Source: Azolla caroliniana (lineage: Eukaryota; Plantae; Polypodiophyta). From it: a stretch of DNA of 64,000 nt. Below the pieces are notes generated by a model. It worked only from the letters and a program-made list of their open reading frames with translations, did not search any database and was not told where the DNA came from. The position numbers and the translations under genes were made by a program. The stretch is from the NCBI GenBank assembly GCA_043228905.1, contig JBHGNT010000010.1:6262001-6326000 (forward strand). Reading direction: 5' to 3'. This document shows, one piece after another, positions 49,815 to 62,388 of the stretch. Within the stretch, counting starts at the first letter, position 1, and the number at the start of each line of letters is the position of its first letter.

Positions 49815-52800
49815 GGCCGGGAGTGGATTCGAAGTGCAAGGCACTTTCCCACGGGCGTGCCATGTGTTGGCCGGTCAGAAGAGCAAGGACAAGTGGGAAG
49901 GCGGAATCGGATCGGATAATAGGAAGTAAATAATAGTAGAATTATTATTCGGAGGGACGGATTCGGTACAGTTGTACCGATCCGGATCCGGACCGATTCG
50001 GATGTCGGTTGCCTAAGCGCACCGATTGTAACCTTGCCGGATGCCTATAAAAGGATCCGATGAATTGTAAAGGGTTGGGGACGGAAGTAATACAATAGTA
50101 ATTATTACGTGTTTATCTGTATCTCGTATTGTTTACCGTCTGTGCTTAATTGTAATCATCTTATGCGTGTAACCTAGCATCCAATCCTTACCACCCCTTT
50201 GGAGAAGTGTCGGATAGACACCTGTGTTGAGGCTAGTCCGGCCAGACAGACAACAGTCGTGATCGGACTTTCTTCGAACATGCCCGTAGAATGATCTTCA
50301 TCCTCTATCTCTTGTTCAGCGGATTCTGGGTCGAGTGGAGTCGGAGTCGGAGTTGTCTCTAGTGCGTACCAGGATGCGGACTCGTCAAAGACGACGTCTC
50401 GACTTACCCGAGATTTTCGAGTTGAGGGGTTGTAGCACTTGTACCCCTTTTGCTCCAGTGAGTATCCTACAAGGATACATTTCTCCGACTTCGGGTCGAG
50501 CTTTTGACGCTTCTCGTCGGGGATGTGCACGTATGCAATGGAGCCGAATATCCGAACATGTGATAAATTCGGCTTCTTTCCGAAGAATCTTTCGTGCGGA
50601 GCGACCTCGTGCACGCCGGATGTTGTGCACTGGTTCATTAGGTAGACGGCCGTATTTGCCGCTTTGGCCCAATATGACTTGGGCATATGCTTCTCGTTCA
50701 TCATGGCCCGTGCTACTTCAAGGATGTGCCGATTTTTGCGCTCGGCTACTCCGTTTTGTTGCGGAGTGTGTCGGCAAGTGAATTCTCGCCGAATTCCTTC
50801 CTTTTGGAGATACACCGTGAAATCGTCCGAGAAGTACTCCTTGCCGCCATCCGATTGAAGGCATCGTACATGTCAGCCCGTGGCTTTCTCGACTTCATTC
50901 TTGAAATTTTGGAAGTGTCCGAACACTTCGCTCTTTTGCCACATCGGGTAGATCCAAGTGTGCCTAGAAAAGTCGTCGAGGAATAGCACGTAATATCGGC
51001 ATCTGCCGAATGTCGCCGTTTTAGCCGGACCCCATACATCGGAATGAATTACGTCGAGTACGCTTTGCTCACATTCCGCTCATTCGGAAATGGGTGTCAG
51101 TGTTGCTTGCCGAATTGGCACGCTTCACATACACCTTCAATCTCCTTCTCTTTGAATGTCGGGAGTCTGATGATGACTCCTTTCAATTTCATTGCTTTGA
51201 GTTTGTTGAGATTGATGTGGCCGATTCGCTTATGCCATAGCTCTATGTCGGAGTCGACTTTCATGTTTTTCGCGAACATGGCGGATTTCATCTCGCGTGA
51301 ATCGAGAATGAACATCCGGCCCTCTCTTCGTCCGTGTGCGATGAGTCGGTCCTCTTTTTCGATGAAGCAACCGCCTTGATTAAATCGAATTTGCATCCCT
51401 TGCTCTACAATTTGGCCGACGGAGACCAAATTCTTCGTAATGGTCGGTACATGCAAGACATTTTTAATGTAATTTTGTTTACCTTCTTTTTCGAACGGAA
51501 CATTGCCAATGTGCCGAATCGGGTGCGTAGTGTCGTCTCCGGTTTCGACATAGCCAGGTCGGTCCGGCTCTCGAAGTTCTCGGAACCATTCTTGATGCGA
51601 TGTCATATGGTTCGAGGCACCGGAATCGACGAACCATACGTCTTCCAGACCGGAGGCACTAGTTGAGGTAGCGGCCGACATAGAGTTTGCTCTATGTTTC
51701 ATCATGAACATTCCGCCACGGTCGGGGTTGTGCGCATACTTTCCACCACGATTTTCGTAGTCGGAGTTGTGTGCATACATTCCGCCACGATCTTTGTAGT
51801 CGGAGTTATGCCCGTACATTCCGCTATACTCTTCGTAGTCGGAATTATGCGCGTAATTTGTGAGTTGTCGACTTGTGGAAGCCGATTCACGCATCTTCTT
51901 TCGGCACTCTTCTTAGTGGTGGCCGAGCTTTCCGCAATATCCGCATTCGGTTGCGTTTTGACGGCTCGGGCCGGTGTGCAAGTTCCCCCTTCTTGCAAAG
52001 GTTCCTCGTTGGCCTCCGTTTTGCGGCCAAAATTGGGAGTTGTTGTCATAGGTCGGACCTCGTCCGCCTTGTCCTTGGCCGAATCGGCCTCTCGCTCATC
52101 CGCATCCTCTTCCTCCATTAGAGTGTGTGTAGAGCATGTGGCCTTCCGACTCATTGCTCCTTGTACGCACGTGATTTTCTTCGACCAATAGCATTGATTG
52201 GAGCTCGAAGAAGGAGGGAGATTTCTCCCGTGCTAGAACGGCGGTTCGCATCGCGCCGAACCGTGGTGCAAGGCCGCCGAGGCATATTTGCACTATCTCA
52301 TCATCATCTATACTTACGCTTATTGAGCCGAGCAAGTCGCAAAGCTCCTTGATCTTCAAAGTGTATGTCGTGATAGACATGTCCCTTTGTTGAATGGTGT
52401 TCAACTCTTGGCGGAGTTGAAGCTTCCTCGCGGTTGTGTTGGCGGCGAAAATCTTTCGTAGATTTTCCCACGCCTCCTTTGGCGTCTTGGCTTCTCGAAT
52501 GTAACCGAGCATGTGGTCGTGAACACATGTCGCCAAACAATACATCACGCGGCTTGCAGCTTGCTCCCATGTCGCGTATCCGGGAGCCACTTCGGCGGGT
52601 CGGTCTTCATGCGCTCCTTTGATGTAGCTCCAATAGCCTTGTCCGACAAGGTATTGGTGCATCTTGTACTCCCAAGATGCGAAGTTGTTTCGATCCAACT
52701 TCTCGGTAGGAAGAGTGCTCCCCATTTGAGTATTCATTATGTCGATTCTTCTTCTTCTTCTTCTCTCTTCGAATGCGAGCTATGTAGCGAAGCTACGATA

Positions 52801-55649
52801 GCTATGAGCCGGTTCTTGGTCGTCGGCGTAGAGCACAACACACGATCACGATGAGGCGAATGGGCTAGATCGAGCTACCAAATCGCTCTGATACCATGTA
52901 AAGAATCAAGAGATGGATTCTTGTGAAGCGGAATAGATGTGAGTTATGTGTGTGTGTGTGTGTGAGAGAGAGAGAGCGTGAAACACAGAGAATACGCAAG
53001 GTAAAAGTATATTGACAAAGGAGAAAGACTCAACATTATACATGGTGGGAGGAGGGTGCTTTATGTAGTCACCCTCTCTCTTCATTAACTACAAGCCTCA
53101 TGGAGCATGGGGAATGTGAAAGCTCATAAGTTATGTGTCATAGAATATGATTCTATGACTCATACTTAATGTTAGAATACAAAGTGGTGACATAATGGTG
53201 ACTCTTGACCGTTAGAGTGTCTCTTCACTCTCAAGGTGAGTTCACACACTAGACCAAGTTGAGCTTGATTCTCAACAATATGTTTATCACATAGGTTGTC
53301 ATCATCAGCGCCTCAACCCAAAACGTCTTGGGTAACTTGGCATGTGCTAGCATGCTTCAGACTCTCTCCATTATGGTTTGATTCATTCGTTCAGCCAACT
53401 CGTTCAATTTCGGCATCTTCGGCACGGTAAATTCGAGCCGGATTCCCTTCGACCAGAAGTACTCCTCGAACTACCCCCGGTATTCTCCTCCATTATCTAC
53501 TCGAACCACCTTCAACTTCAGGCCTGTTTCTCTTTCCACTCTCGTGTGGAGCTCCTTGAAAACGGATAGCACCTGATCCTTTGTCTTCAGCGGTGAGACC
53601 CACAACTTCCGGTTGTGTTCGTCTATGAACATCATGAATTACTCTGATCCAGCATGTGAGTTCGTGTCCACTTGACACACATCGGTATGCACCAGCTCCA
53701 GTGGTGCATTTCGTCTCATCAGTGGTCTTGACCGTAAGGGGGTTTGGTTTTGCTTGCTTGCCAAGCAATCGGTTCACTTCTCAAGATGCATGTCTTTCAC
53801 CTCCGGAATGAGGTTGTCTTCAGCAAGTCTTCTCATCCCCTTCTAGCTCATATGACATAGTCTCTTGTGCCACAACTCACCGGTAGTGTCGGATGCTATG
53901 TTCACTTCTTCCCCGAATATCCGGGCATGCATCAGATACAACGTGTTGATCTTCCGGGCTCGAGCCACGATCAAACTTCCTTTGCTGAATTTCATGACTC
54001 CGCTCCGGATGCTACCCGTGTAGCCTTCATCATCTACTTGATCGGCTGATATCAGGTTCAACCGAACCTGCGGAACGTGTCAGACTTCTTTCAGCAGCAA
54101 CTTGCATCTGGTTGATGTCGTCAACAACACATCTCCTATGCCGATGATTCGGCAGGTCCCTTCATTCCCCATCCGGACACAACCGTGATCTCCGGCTGTG
54201 TAGGATTAGAACCGTGATCTCCAGTAAGGTGCCAGGTGGAACGATGCTCTGGAATCGACGACCCACGTTGTCTCGTCGCCGACAAGGTTTAACTCATTCT
54301 CCTTGGTGATGAGGAGCGGTTCTTCTTCACTTGTCGTGATTGTCGACGTTCCCTTCCGATCCGAGCCTTTCCGGTCTGAACCGTTCTAGGCCGAACCCTT
54401 CTTCAAATTAGCAATGTTGGTTCCTTTCTCTTTCCAGAAATGCTGACAATTTTTTTGGAAGTGCCCTGGCTTCCCACATTAGAAGCAAGTAGGCCTCCCC
54501 CTTGACTTCGACCTCGTCCCCGATTTGTCCCGGTTTTGGGGACTCCGATACCGTGCTCTTCCCCGATAATGGTCATCTTCCGTGACCAAGGCCTTCGGAT
54601 CGGTTCCGAACTCCCGGTCCTTCTGGCGAGTTTCTTTATCTAGCAAGCTTGATTTTACCCTTGCTAGGGACAACTGCTTTCCTTTTGGCCCAGTGTTGCC
54701 CAAAGTGACAACTAGCGTCTCCCAACTATCCGGGAGGGAATCAAGCAGGAGCATTGCAAGTACCTCGTCGGCTTGAGGTACTTCAAGAGAAATTGTTTGA
54801 TTTATGAGCCCTTGAAATGTGTTCATGTGCTCTGCCATGCTGGATCCGTCCTGATACTGGAGTCTCACTAATTTCCGGAATACTGAAACCGGATTTACGA
54901 CGTTTTTACTCTCCAGCAAGGTGCCGATTTTTTCCCAGAGCACATGAACCTTACTTTCTTCATTGAAGTTGTTGCACAAGCTCATCTTTGACTCCCACAC
55001 TAGGTAGTTAGAATCGGTGAGCTTGAACATGCCGCCAAATGATTCTTCCATTTCCTTTGTTCGCTATGATACTAGTTTGTGCGGAAATAACGCTCAGCCA
55101 CAACCAAGTAATCAACAAGGAATAGAAGATAACAAACTAAAACCGAGATGACACGGGATGTTTACGTGGAAAACCCTAAACGGGAAAAACCACGGGAGCC
55201 CACGGACTCCAACCATCACTATGAGAGGAGGAATACAAAATGAGACTCAGAGGCAACGACCTCGAGCTCTATGTCTTTGCCAATGGCGGTTACAAACAGA
55301 AAACTAGTTATGTATGTCTCTCTCACACACTCACTCTCTATATACAACAATATACAACATCTATAACTAAAGTGATTGCCCTAAGTCATATTTATGCTTA
55401 TATGACATTTTGGGCTATTTACAAATATAACCTCAATAGGCTAACCATGAAACATATTTACACATATGTCCTTTGATCCGGTTTGCATCGGATCCATCCG
55501 GATTCACTCGATCCGGTTTCCGGGTCTCATCCGGTTCCTTCATCCGACTCGTCTGATCCGGCTCCTCCGGTTCTCATCCAGATCCCATTCGGAGGGACCG
55601 AATTCCTAACAGTACACCTCCTCGTCTAACGTGCATTGTAGGAAGGTGT

Positions 55650-57575
55650 TGTCGTGGTATTCCACGTGGATGTATCAAAACGGGGCAGGACCACGAGGGT
55701 CTCGGAACAAAGAACCGGTGGGAGTAGGAAGGTTTTCCAGATATTTTCATTGGATCGGTTAACGGTCACATACACAGTTCGGATCGGTTCTCGGACGTCG
55801 GACAGTGAGTGCGTAGGGTCAGAGACGTGCTTTGTTTCGGACCGGTCGTTGGATAACAAGCAGCAAGCACACGGGCTCGTGACTTGGGTAAACGCGAGCC
55901 ATAGACTGAGACATAATGGCGATGCATACGCAAGACAGAGAGAGCAATCAGATAAAATGAAATGAAATAGATTATGCAAAGAGGAGTACAACCGGACCTG
56001 CCCGGTATCAGAGCTACGCACTCTCAAAACACACACACACACACACACACACAAAGAAACTCAGGACAGTGAACCTTTAGTCGGGAGCTCACGAGCTTCC
56101 TACACGAGTAGAGGCTTCACCTTCTTCTTGGAGTCAGTACAGAGAACAAGGTAAAGAGAGAAGAGAGAGAGCTCGGCACTCAAACCGACAACACTTCATC
56201 CTCCCAAATCGTGGATGCCCCAAACAGTCTCAAAACCTCCCCTTTTATAGAGCAAGGGGAGGTCGTTACATCATCATAAAGAAATCCGCTTTCAGGCAGA
56301 GATTTCCGTTAATTTCCTCCATTAGATATTATTCTTATTCTCTATGTGTGTGGCCTTAAAGTACTTATCGAATCACTCCTATCTAGTATTCCTCAACACT
56401 TAAACTAACCCTAACTTATTTACACATGATTGTACAAAGACATTTCGAGTGCATCAATGCACAACCCGTTCACGCGCTCTCAAGTCACCTTTTCTCCTAG
56501 TAGCCGAAATTCCTCACGACATCCACCCCCACCAAACTGCACATCCTCCGGCATGTGCCACATAGTGAAGCGGTGGGGATTCCGGCTTACTCTTCACTCC
56601 TCCTCACCTAATCCGTCGTCGGTCAGGTCTTCATCCGACTCGTTTCCCTCGTCTACGCCTTCGTCTTCAATCTCTGGATCCGGATCCAGTTCATGCCATT
56701 TCTTGAAGGCCTTGATCCGTTTCCCTGCAAATGGTGTCGAAATCCTCACTTCGTCGAGCTCCGCCAGATGATATGTGGCGTAGTGTGGAATCCAAATGTG
56801 GTAGAAGGCGCATGCTCCCAGGAACCTACAGATCTCCGTGACCGACCTTCACTCTTCCTTCATCGCCAAGATGACTTCTACCTTTGCCGGAGACGGTTTT
56901 CCGGCCATATGGTCTGCACAGGTGACCGACCACCAGGATCTCTGATTGTCTGAAAGACGACTTCTCCACGGAGAAGGCAAACCAAGTGCCCTCAAGCCTC
57001 TGCAGTATCTTCTCGCATTCAGAGATGTGATCCGTGACAAACTTTCGGCATTTGTCCGCTCCAATCAATCTGTCCTTTACATCCTCCGGACATCCCTTGA
57101 TCGGGATGTCATCCAAAAACAACATGGTGATTTCCGGGATGCAATCCCTCAATACTTTATTCATTGCGTTCACCATGTGTGCCACCGAATTGATCCCTCC
57201 TTGCGGTAGGGTACACATCTGAACTAGGCCGAGAGGGGTTCGCATCGTCGTGATATACATGCTCTCCACGGCTAGTTGGAATTGGTCATAACTTGAGTAT
57301 AGGTCCCCGTCCGAGTAGATTGACCTTCCGGCGAAGGCCTCCGTGAACTCATCAATCGTCGGGCCGACCCTTGCATTCTGAATGGTCACTTTGTTGACCA
57401 GTTGCAGGTCCTGAATGAAGCGCAATGTATCGTTCTTCTTCGGCACTGTAAACCACCGATTCGAATAAGGGGCACTCGATGGTTCGAGGATACCCATTTC
57501 GACCTTTTGCTTGAGTATCTCCATCAACTTCGGGATGTGAGCTCTCGATACTGGAATCGGCTTGAGATTCCACAG
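55650..57575 (-). mobile_element. Truncated gypsy element H (relative of C): 3' LTR 55650-56521, PPT, INT C-terminus and RT
   Basis: RT PYSNRWFTVPKK..EITMLFLDDIPIKG is homologous to C. PPT-like GGTGGGGGTGGA abuts the LTR on the minus strand. RNase H and most of INT are deleted near 56775. Confidence 0.88.
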
Positions 57576-58959
57576 TACATGCAGTATCTACATATGGAAA
57601 ATAGAATTTTAGCATGTCATTTGACATGCATAATTTTTAGGGGCCTTTCACATGAAAATGGAAATTTTAACTTTATATGTCACTTGACGAACATTTTCAT
57701 TAGGTGATGTTTTTTACGGGCAAAATGGCCATGTGCTTGATGTATGTGTGTATGTCTATATTTGTATGTACTTTTGCTTGTTAATTTATGTGTGCATATG
57801 TAGGATTGGTGATGTATGTGTGTGTATTTATATATATGTATGTCGTCTTCCCTGTTTTTGTGTGTATGGGTAGGCTTGTTGATGAAAACATGTGTATGTG
57901 TATATTTGCATATACATTTGCTTGTTAAATCTCTATATGCAAAACTAACCCTAATACCTACATATCTCTGTATAGGTTGTGTTGCCCCTCCCATCCCGAG
58001 AAGCATCGAGCAGAGCAACGCGTGCAAAAACAGGATGATCCTCCTCCTTGATTTGAAAAGGGGATTATGAATCCCCCCTTTTCTTATATTTTTTTAGAAA
58101 AAATTGAAAGAGATGTGTTTTTGAACCATATCAGTGTGGGACATGATCCAATGTGGGAATGTCACATCTTTTATGTAAGCATTGCTAAGTGACCCAGTTA
58201 GTGACGCATGCTTTTTGCGTCACATAATGACCTTTTTTTGGGAAAAATAGGGTGTCGATAACACCCAAATATGTAGTAGTATGAGTTTCTATGAATAAAT
58301 CCGGCAAATAATAGAAACTGCCTGTGGATTTGTTGGGGATGGTTGTAGACTAGCCAACATCCTATCTTTATACAAGGTAGGAAATAAGAAGAAGTCCACA
58401 TGTTGATCAATTGTGATCTTAGGATGAGGAGAATATAGCCAAGTGAAGAGAAGCATGTTGTACAAGTAAATATATTAGGGATTTGGGATCGTGTTTTGGT
58501 TGCCAGGCTAATTGATCAGCAAGTTAACCCTCTTCCATTCTCTCAAGTTTGTGTTGGAGAGATTGAACGAGTTGAAAACAATCAACGGGAGTTGCGTAAC
58601 ATTTATACGGGTTGAACCATTTTTCGATCGTTGTTATGGATAGGTGAAACAATAGGAGACTTATTTAAACCTAATTATTTACATATCCTTAAACGACATA
58701 CAAGATACTAGGGAAAGTTTTCTATATTTGTTTTGTATTTTCTTTTCATTTAAAAAAATTGCACTATTGTGAGAATTTTCTTTTGTGTGTGGCAAACCTC
58801 TATGCACTCACCTTAGGGTGTAAGTGAATCAATAGGCGACTTATTTAAACCTGATTATTTACATATCCTTCACACAATGTACACGATTCTAGGGAAAGTC
58901 TTCTATATTTGTTTCGTATTTATGGGAGCTTTATGGGTGTTTATGGGAGCTTACAAAAT

Positions 58960-59510
58960 TTTGAGTCTATGAATGTATTTATGATATAATATACATATGT
59001 GTGTGTGAATGAGAACAATGTATATAAATGTTTGTATGAATGAATGAATGTGTGTGTATAAATGAATGTTTGAATGTAGTTACCTATGTGTATGAGTGTA
59101 TAAATAAATATATGTGCATGAATGTGTAATGTCAAAAAGATTGTATGAATGCATGTGTATAAAGTATATGTGTATGATTGTGTGAATGTTTATAAATATT
59201 GGAAATCATGCATATGTGTATGGCCATGTGTATGATTTAATGAATGTGTGTATCCATAAATGTTTGTATGCATGTGTATGATTGAACGAGTGTGTGTGCA
59301 TGGACCTTCATATGGTATGTTTCCATGGACTAGTAGCATGTTTTTGTGTGTTTGCATATAAATATATGAAATTGTGCACATGTGTATGATTTCATGAATG
59401 TGTGTGTATGCATAAATGTTTGTATGTATGTGTATGATTGAATGAATGTGTGTCATGGACCTTCATGTGCTATGTTTGAATGTGTTGGCAACATGCTTTC
59501 ATGTGTTTGT
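58960..59510. repeat. Degenerate TG/TA-rich low-complexity tract (a similar tract lies at 57730-57920)
   Basis: Repeated TGTATG/TGAATG/TGTGTG units with internal longer duplications. Confidence 0.75.
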
Positions 59511-60703
59511 GTGGTTATAGTTGTGGGACAAAAAGTGAGGGAGGGTAGAAATTAGGCAAAAAGATAAAGATAGAGGGGAAGAAAAATCGTAATCAAGGAG
59601 AGGAAAGGGGGGGGGGCAAATAAAATAAATAATATGTTGAAGAAGAATAAATTAGTAATTATATGTTAGTATGATGGTTTTGGGTCTGAGCGCAAGGGGT
59701 CCAAACCCTTTTTATCCATGCCAAAACTCTTTACAGGCTTCAATGTCCTTCTTCTAAGGGCTCCAACCTATGGTTTGAATTTGATATTTTTGCAAGGGGT
59801 GTTAGCATTTACTCACCTAGGGTTATTTTTGGGTAAATAGTATTGCTTAGGTTTAGTTGTCATATTGACCTTGGTCCGTCATCACTTGTTTTCGAACATG
59901 CCATTTTGTTCTCGTGCCCAATTTCCACTCCTTAACCTAAGACCTTATGTATATTGACCAACTCAAATGTCATGGTTTGCCTTTGTGTGGATATTTGTTT
60001 GGGAGGTATATGGATGGAAATGTTCATAGGAGTGCTTCTTGAGTCCCTCTTGGATACCCATTGGATTTTCACTTGTTTAGGTTGGGCGTGTTGTAATGCC
60101 AAGTGTAGCTAGTTCTCTTTATATAATCCAACTACTAAGACTCTTAGACCACCATGTGTTCTTACGAATCATAGGTCCTTATTGGTTTGTCCTCGTTCCT
60201 AGGATAAATGTTGCTAATATCCAAGCTATCCTACCCGTAAACCATTAAAATAAATTTAGGATTGGTCCTTAAGGTTATGCATATGGATTACGTAAGGTTA
60301 CAGTAAACAATAGTGTTACATCATTAACATAAGAGAGAATTTGTCTCTCAAACACAATTATCGTATTATATAGTCGGTTATTGTATTAATGGCTTTTTTC
60401 TCAGACAATTGAATTGCTTTCTCTTTTCATTATGATGTGAAGCCAAGAAAATCTTATATAGTACAAATTAATTTGAGCATAATATGTTATAATGTATTTT
60501 CTAATCAAGCATGTTGTCACATACATGGGTATCACTTATTCACTCAAAATGAAAAGGTAGCCTCCATGCTTACAAGAACATAATGAAACATATTGTTAAA
60601 TTTTTGTTGTATTAATCGTAGAGTTATTTGACTTAGAAGATGCATATAAATATTTGCTTTAACTAAATTTTTAGATTGAACAAGTCACAATACATTTGTT
60701 TTT

Positions 60704-61012
60704 TGTTTTTTTCCAAAAAAAAACTCCTTCCATTAGTTATACAATTTTACAAATGAGACGATTATGTACAAATCCTTGTAGGGACACGATAATTCCATCT
60801 TATGTGGATGCCCACTGACTCAAGAAAGGGAGAGGACGACCATTGTTGGATGAAGGCTATTCGTTGTCTTTCAACTCCATCGGAGTTGCCATTGAGGCCA
60901 TCATATTGGCTCTTTAGAGTGGTTACAATTTCACTCCATATCTCTTGCAGTAACCTTGTTGGATGCGCAGTTTGGTTGGAGAAGACTCGTCTACACCGTT
61001 GTTTCCATAGAA
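60704..61012 (-). mobile_element. 5'-truncated L1-type LINE (~310 bp) with an A-rich tail and TSD
   Basis: 19-bp direct repeat TCACAATACATTTGTTTTT at 60685-60703 and 61013-61031. Minus-strand ILWKQRCRRVF.. resembles the W..RN..IF motif of the L1 ORF2 C-terminus. Confidence 0.8.
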
Positions 61013-62388
61013 TCACAATACATTTGTTTTTGAACCAAATATCCCCGAATAGTATCAATTTTACTAAATTTGCTTAACTGAGTTTTGTAACAATCCTTTA
61101 AGATTGATTGGACTTTCCTTCATCTTCATTTTCGATTCACATGCCGCACCTCTCTTGCTTTACTCGGGTTAAAGGATGTGAATTATGTAGGTGACATGGA
61201 ATAGTTATTTTTTATTTTATTTTCAAAAAACTTTTATTCTTCATCTGTAGAAGTTCTGTATACATGATGAAATCATTAAGCTGAAAACATTACAATGGTT
61301 GTAGCCATAATGACCTATAACAAATCCCAAAGAAGTAGAGTGAAAAATTAAAAAGAATTCCATTGTTCATCCGATATGTAATGAACGTGAAAAATAAGTA
61401 GACATAGAATAGTTATTACAATGAGAGTGACTTATGGTGTTTTCAATACTACTAGGGTAGAATTGACATTCCGATTGATACAAGGTGCATTTATGATATT
61501 CTCCTTAGAATGTATACACATTAGGCCCATAACGAGACAATCAATACCATTTCTTATAAAAATTCATCATCTATGAATGTAAGCTTCTAAAAGAATTCCT
61601 TTTGGGAAAAATGAAAACGTGTTTTCTATGGAGCCGCTCAAATTAAATAAAATATGAAGTACTTTTATTGCGTGATTCTTCGTTTTCTATACATGTTTTC
61701 TTTTGATTGACTAATGAGCATATTCATGCTACCAATACCACAACCCTTTTGAAGGCAACTTTGCTATTATACAATCCCATAAGCCAAAAATCACTTTATA
61801 CACTTCAATGAGAAGAACATCGAATTGTTTTTGTATTGTTTTGCAACATTGTTTTATTTATTTTGTAAATCAACAATCATCGTATTATGGATTCTAGAGG
61901 CCCATGCGCACAAATTCGTGATGATTGTGAAGATCTACACGTAACATTCAATGACAATAAATTGCATGGTGGAGGGCCATGCGAAGTGGAAGCATTGTCT
62001 CCACAATTACCTTCAACATGTCATTCCAGTCCATCAAACCGTTCAAGCTGGCTTATTTATGTGAAACATTGACCATCAAGTATGTGACGAATAAAATAAT
62101 GCTTCTAGTGTTGCTCCCGAAGCAGCACTAGGACGATGCCATGTTGTCAATCACCACCATTTCATCGTTCGCCACATTGTAAGATAACCCTTTTTCGCAA
62201 AAACATTGAGAATAGAAATCCCGTTTCTTTGGCAGTAAGTCGACATTGGTCAGGAGATTTGATAATTCATGTAACATCCCATGGGTTCGGCATTATATGG
62301 GATGGTCGCTTATTTTTGTCCTACTGATAGAACAAGGAGTTTTTTTTTTTTTTTTTTCTGTTTTGTTTTTATCTGGGGTGGGGTTGGT

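Larger units (their letters stand above)
39844..50255 (+). mobile_element. Ty3/gypsy element G, Athila-like non-chromovirus with an extra 3' ORF, nested in F
   Basis: 391-bp LTRs at 39844-40234 and 49865-50255, identical by eye; TSD GTCGT; PBS TGGCGACCAC (tRNA-Arg-like) a few nt after the LTR. RT has DAFPLPF..FLDGFSGYNQI..FLDDF; INT has WGLDFVGPF..DYCTKWVEA..ISDQG. Confidence 0.96.
37335..53277 (-). mobile_element. Copia element F (young; same family group as A and B), nested in the integrase of E
   Basis: LTRs 37335-37723 and 52897-53277 differ, by my reading, by one substitution plus microsatellite length. TSD ATATG; PBS TGGTATCAGAGC (52885-52896). gag starts at 52737, protease has WFVDSGAS, then INT, RT (LYVDDL) and RNase H to 37968. 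Confidence 0.96.
34627..55611 (-). mobile_element. Copia element E (Tnt1/Tork-like), nested in A
   Basis: LTRs 34627-35177 and 55078-55611; TSD GTACA; PPT AGGGGGAGTT; mutated Met PBS. gag/PR/INT at 53283-55051 and INT-RT-RH at 35240-37329 (KLDPKSKPCIFLGYGDDDFGYRVWD, YVDDMLI). Confidence 0.95.
19398..55649 (-). mobile_element. Copia element A, the outermost host of the nested cluster (5' part not found)
   Basis: 3' LTR 19398-19734. RNase H/RT pieces lie at 19860-20860, 34510-34626 and 55617-55649, and join across the TSDs of B and E (..FLQCTLDEEVY-MVQPP..). Confidence 0.85.

Noticed and set aside
40235-49852. Many long antisense and alternate-frame ORFs in G (e.g. 40235-40837, 41684-42463, 42999-43685)
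   Set aside because: They are shadows of GC-rich, repetitive sense coding sequence and show no independent motifs.
1-55649. All coding copia elements lie on the minus strand
   Set aside because: The sample is small and non-independent, and the solo LTR at 2642 is in the opposite orientation.
58650-58921. ~90-bp direct repeat pair (AATAGG.GACTTATTTAAACCT..)
   Set aside because: The repeat is real, but no termini, TSD or coding context allow an assignment; probably decayed TE sequence.
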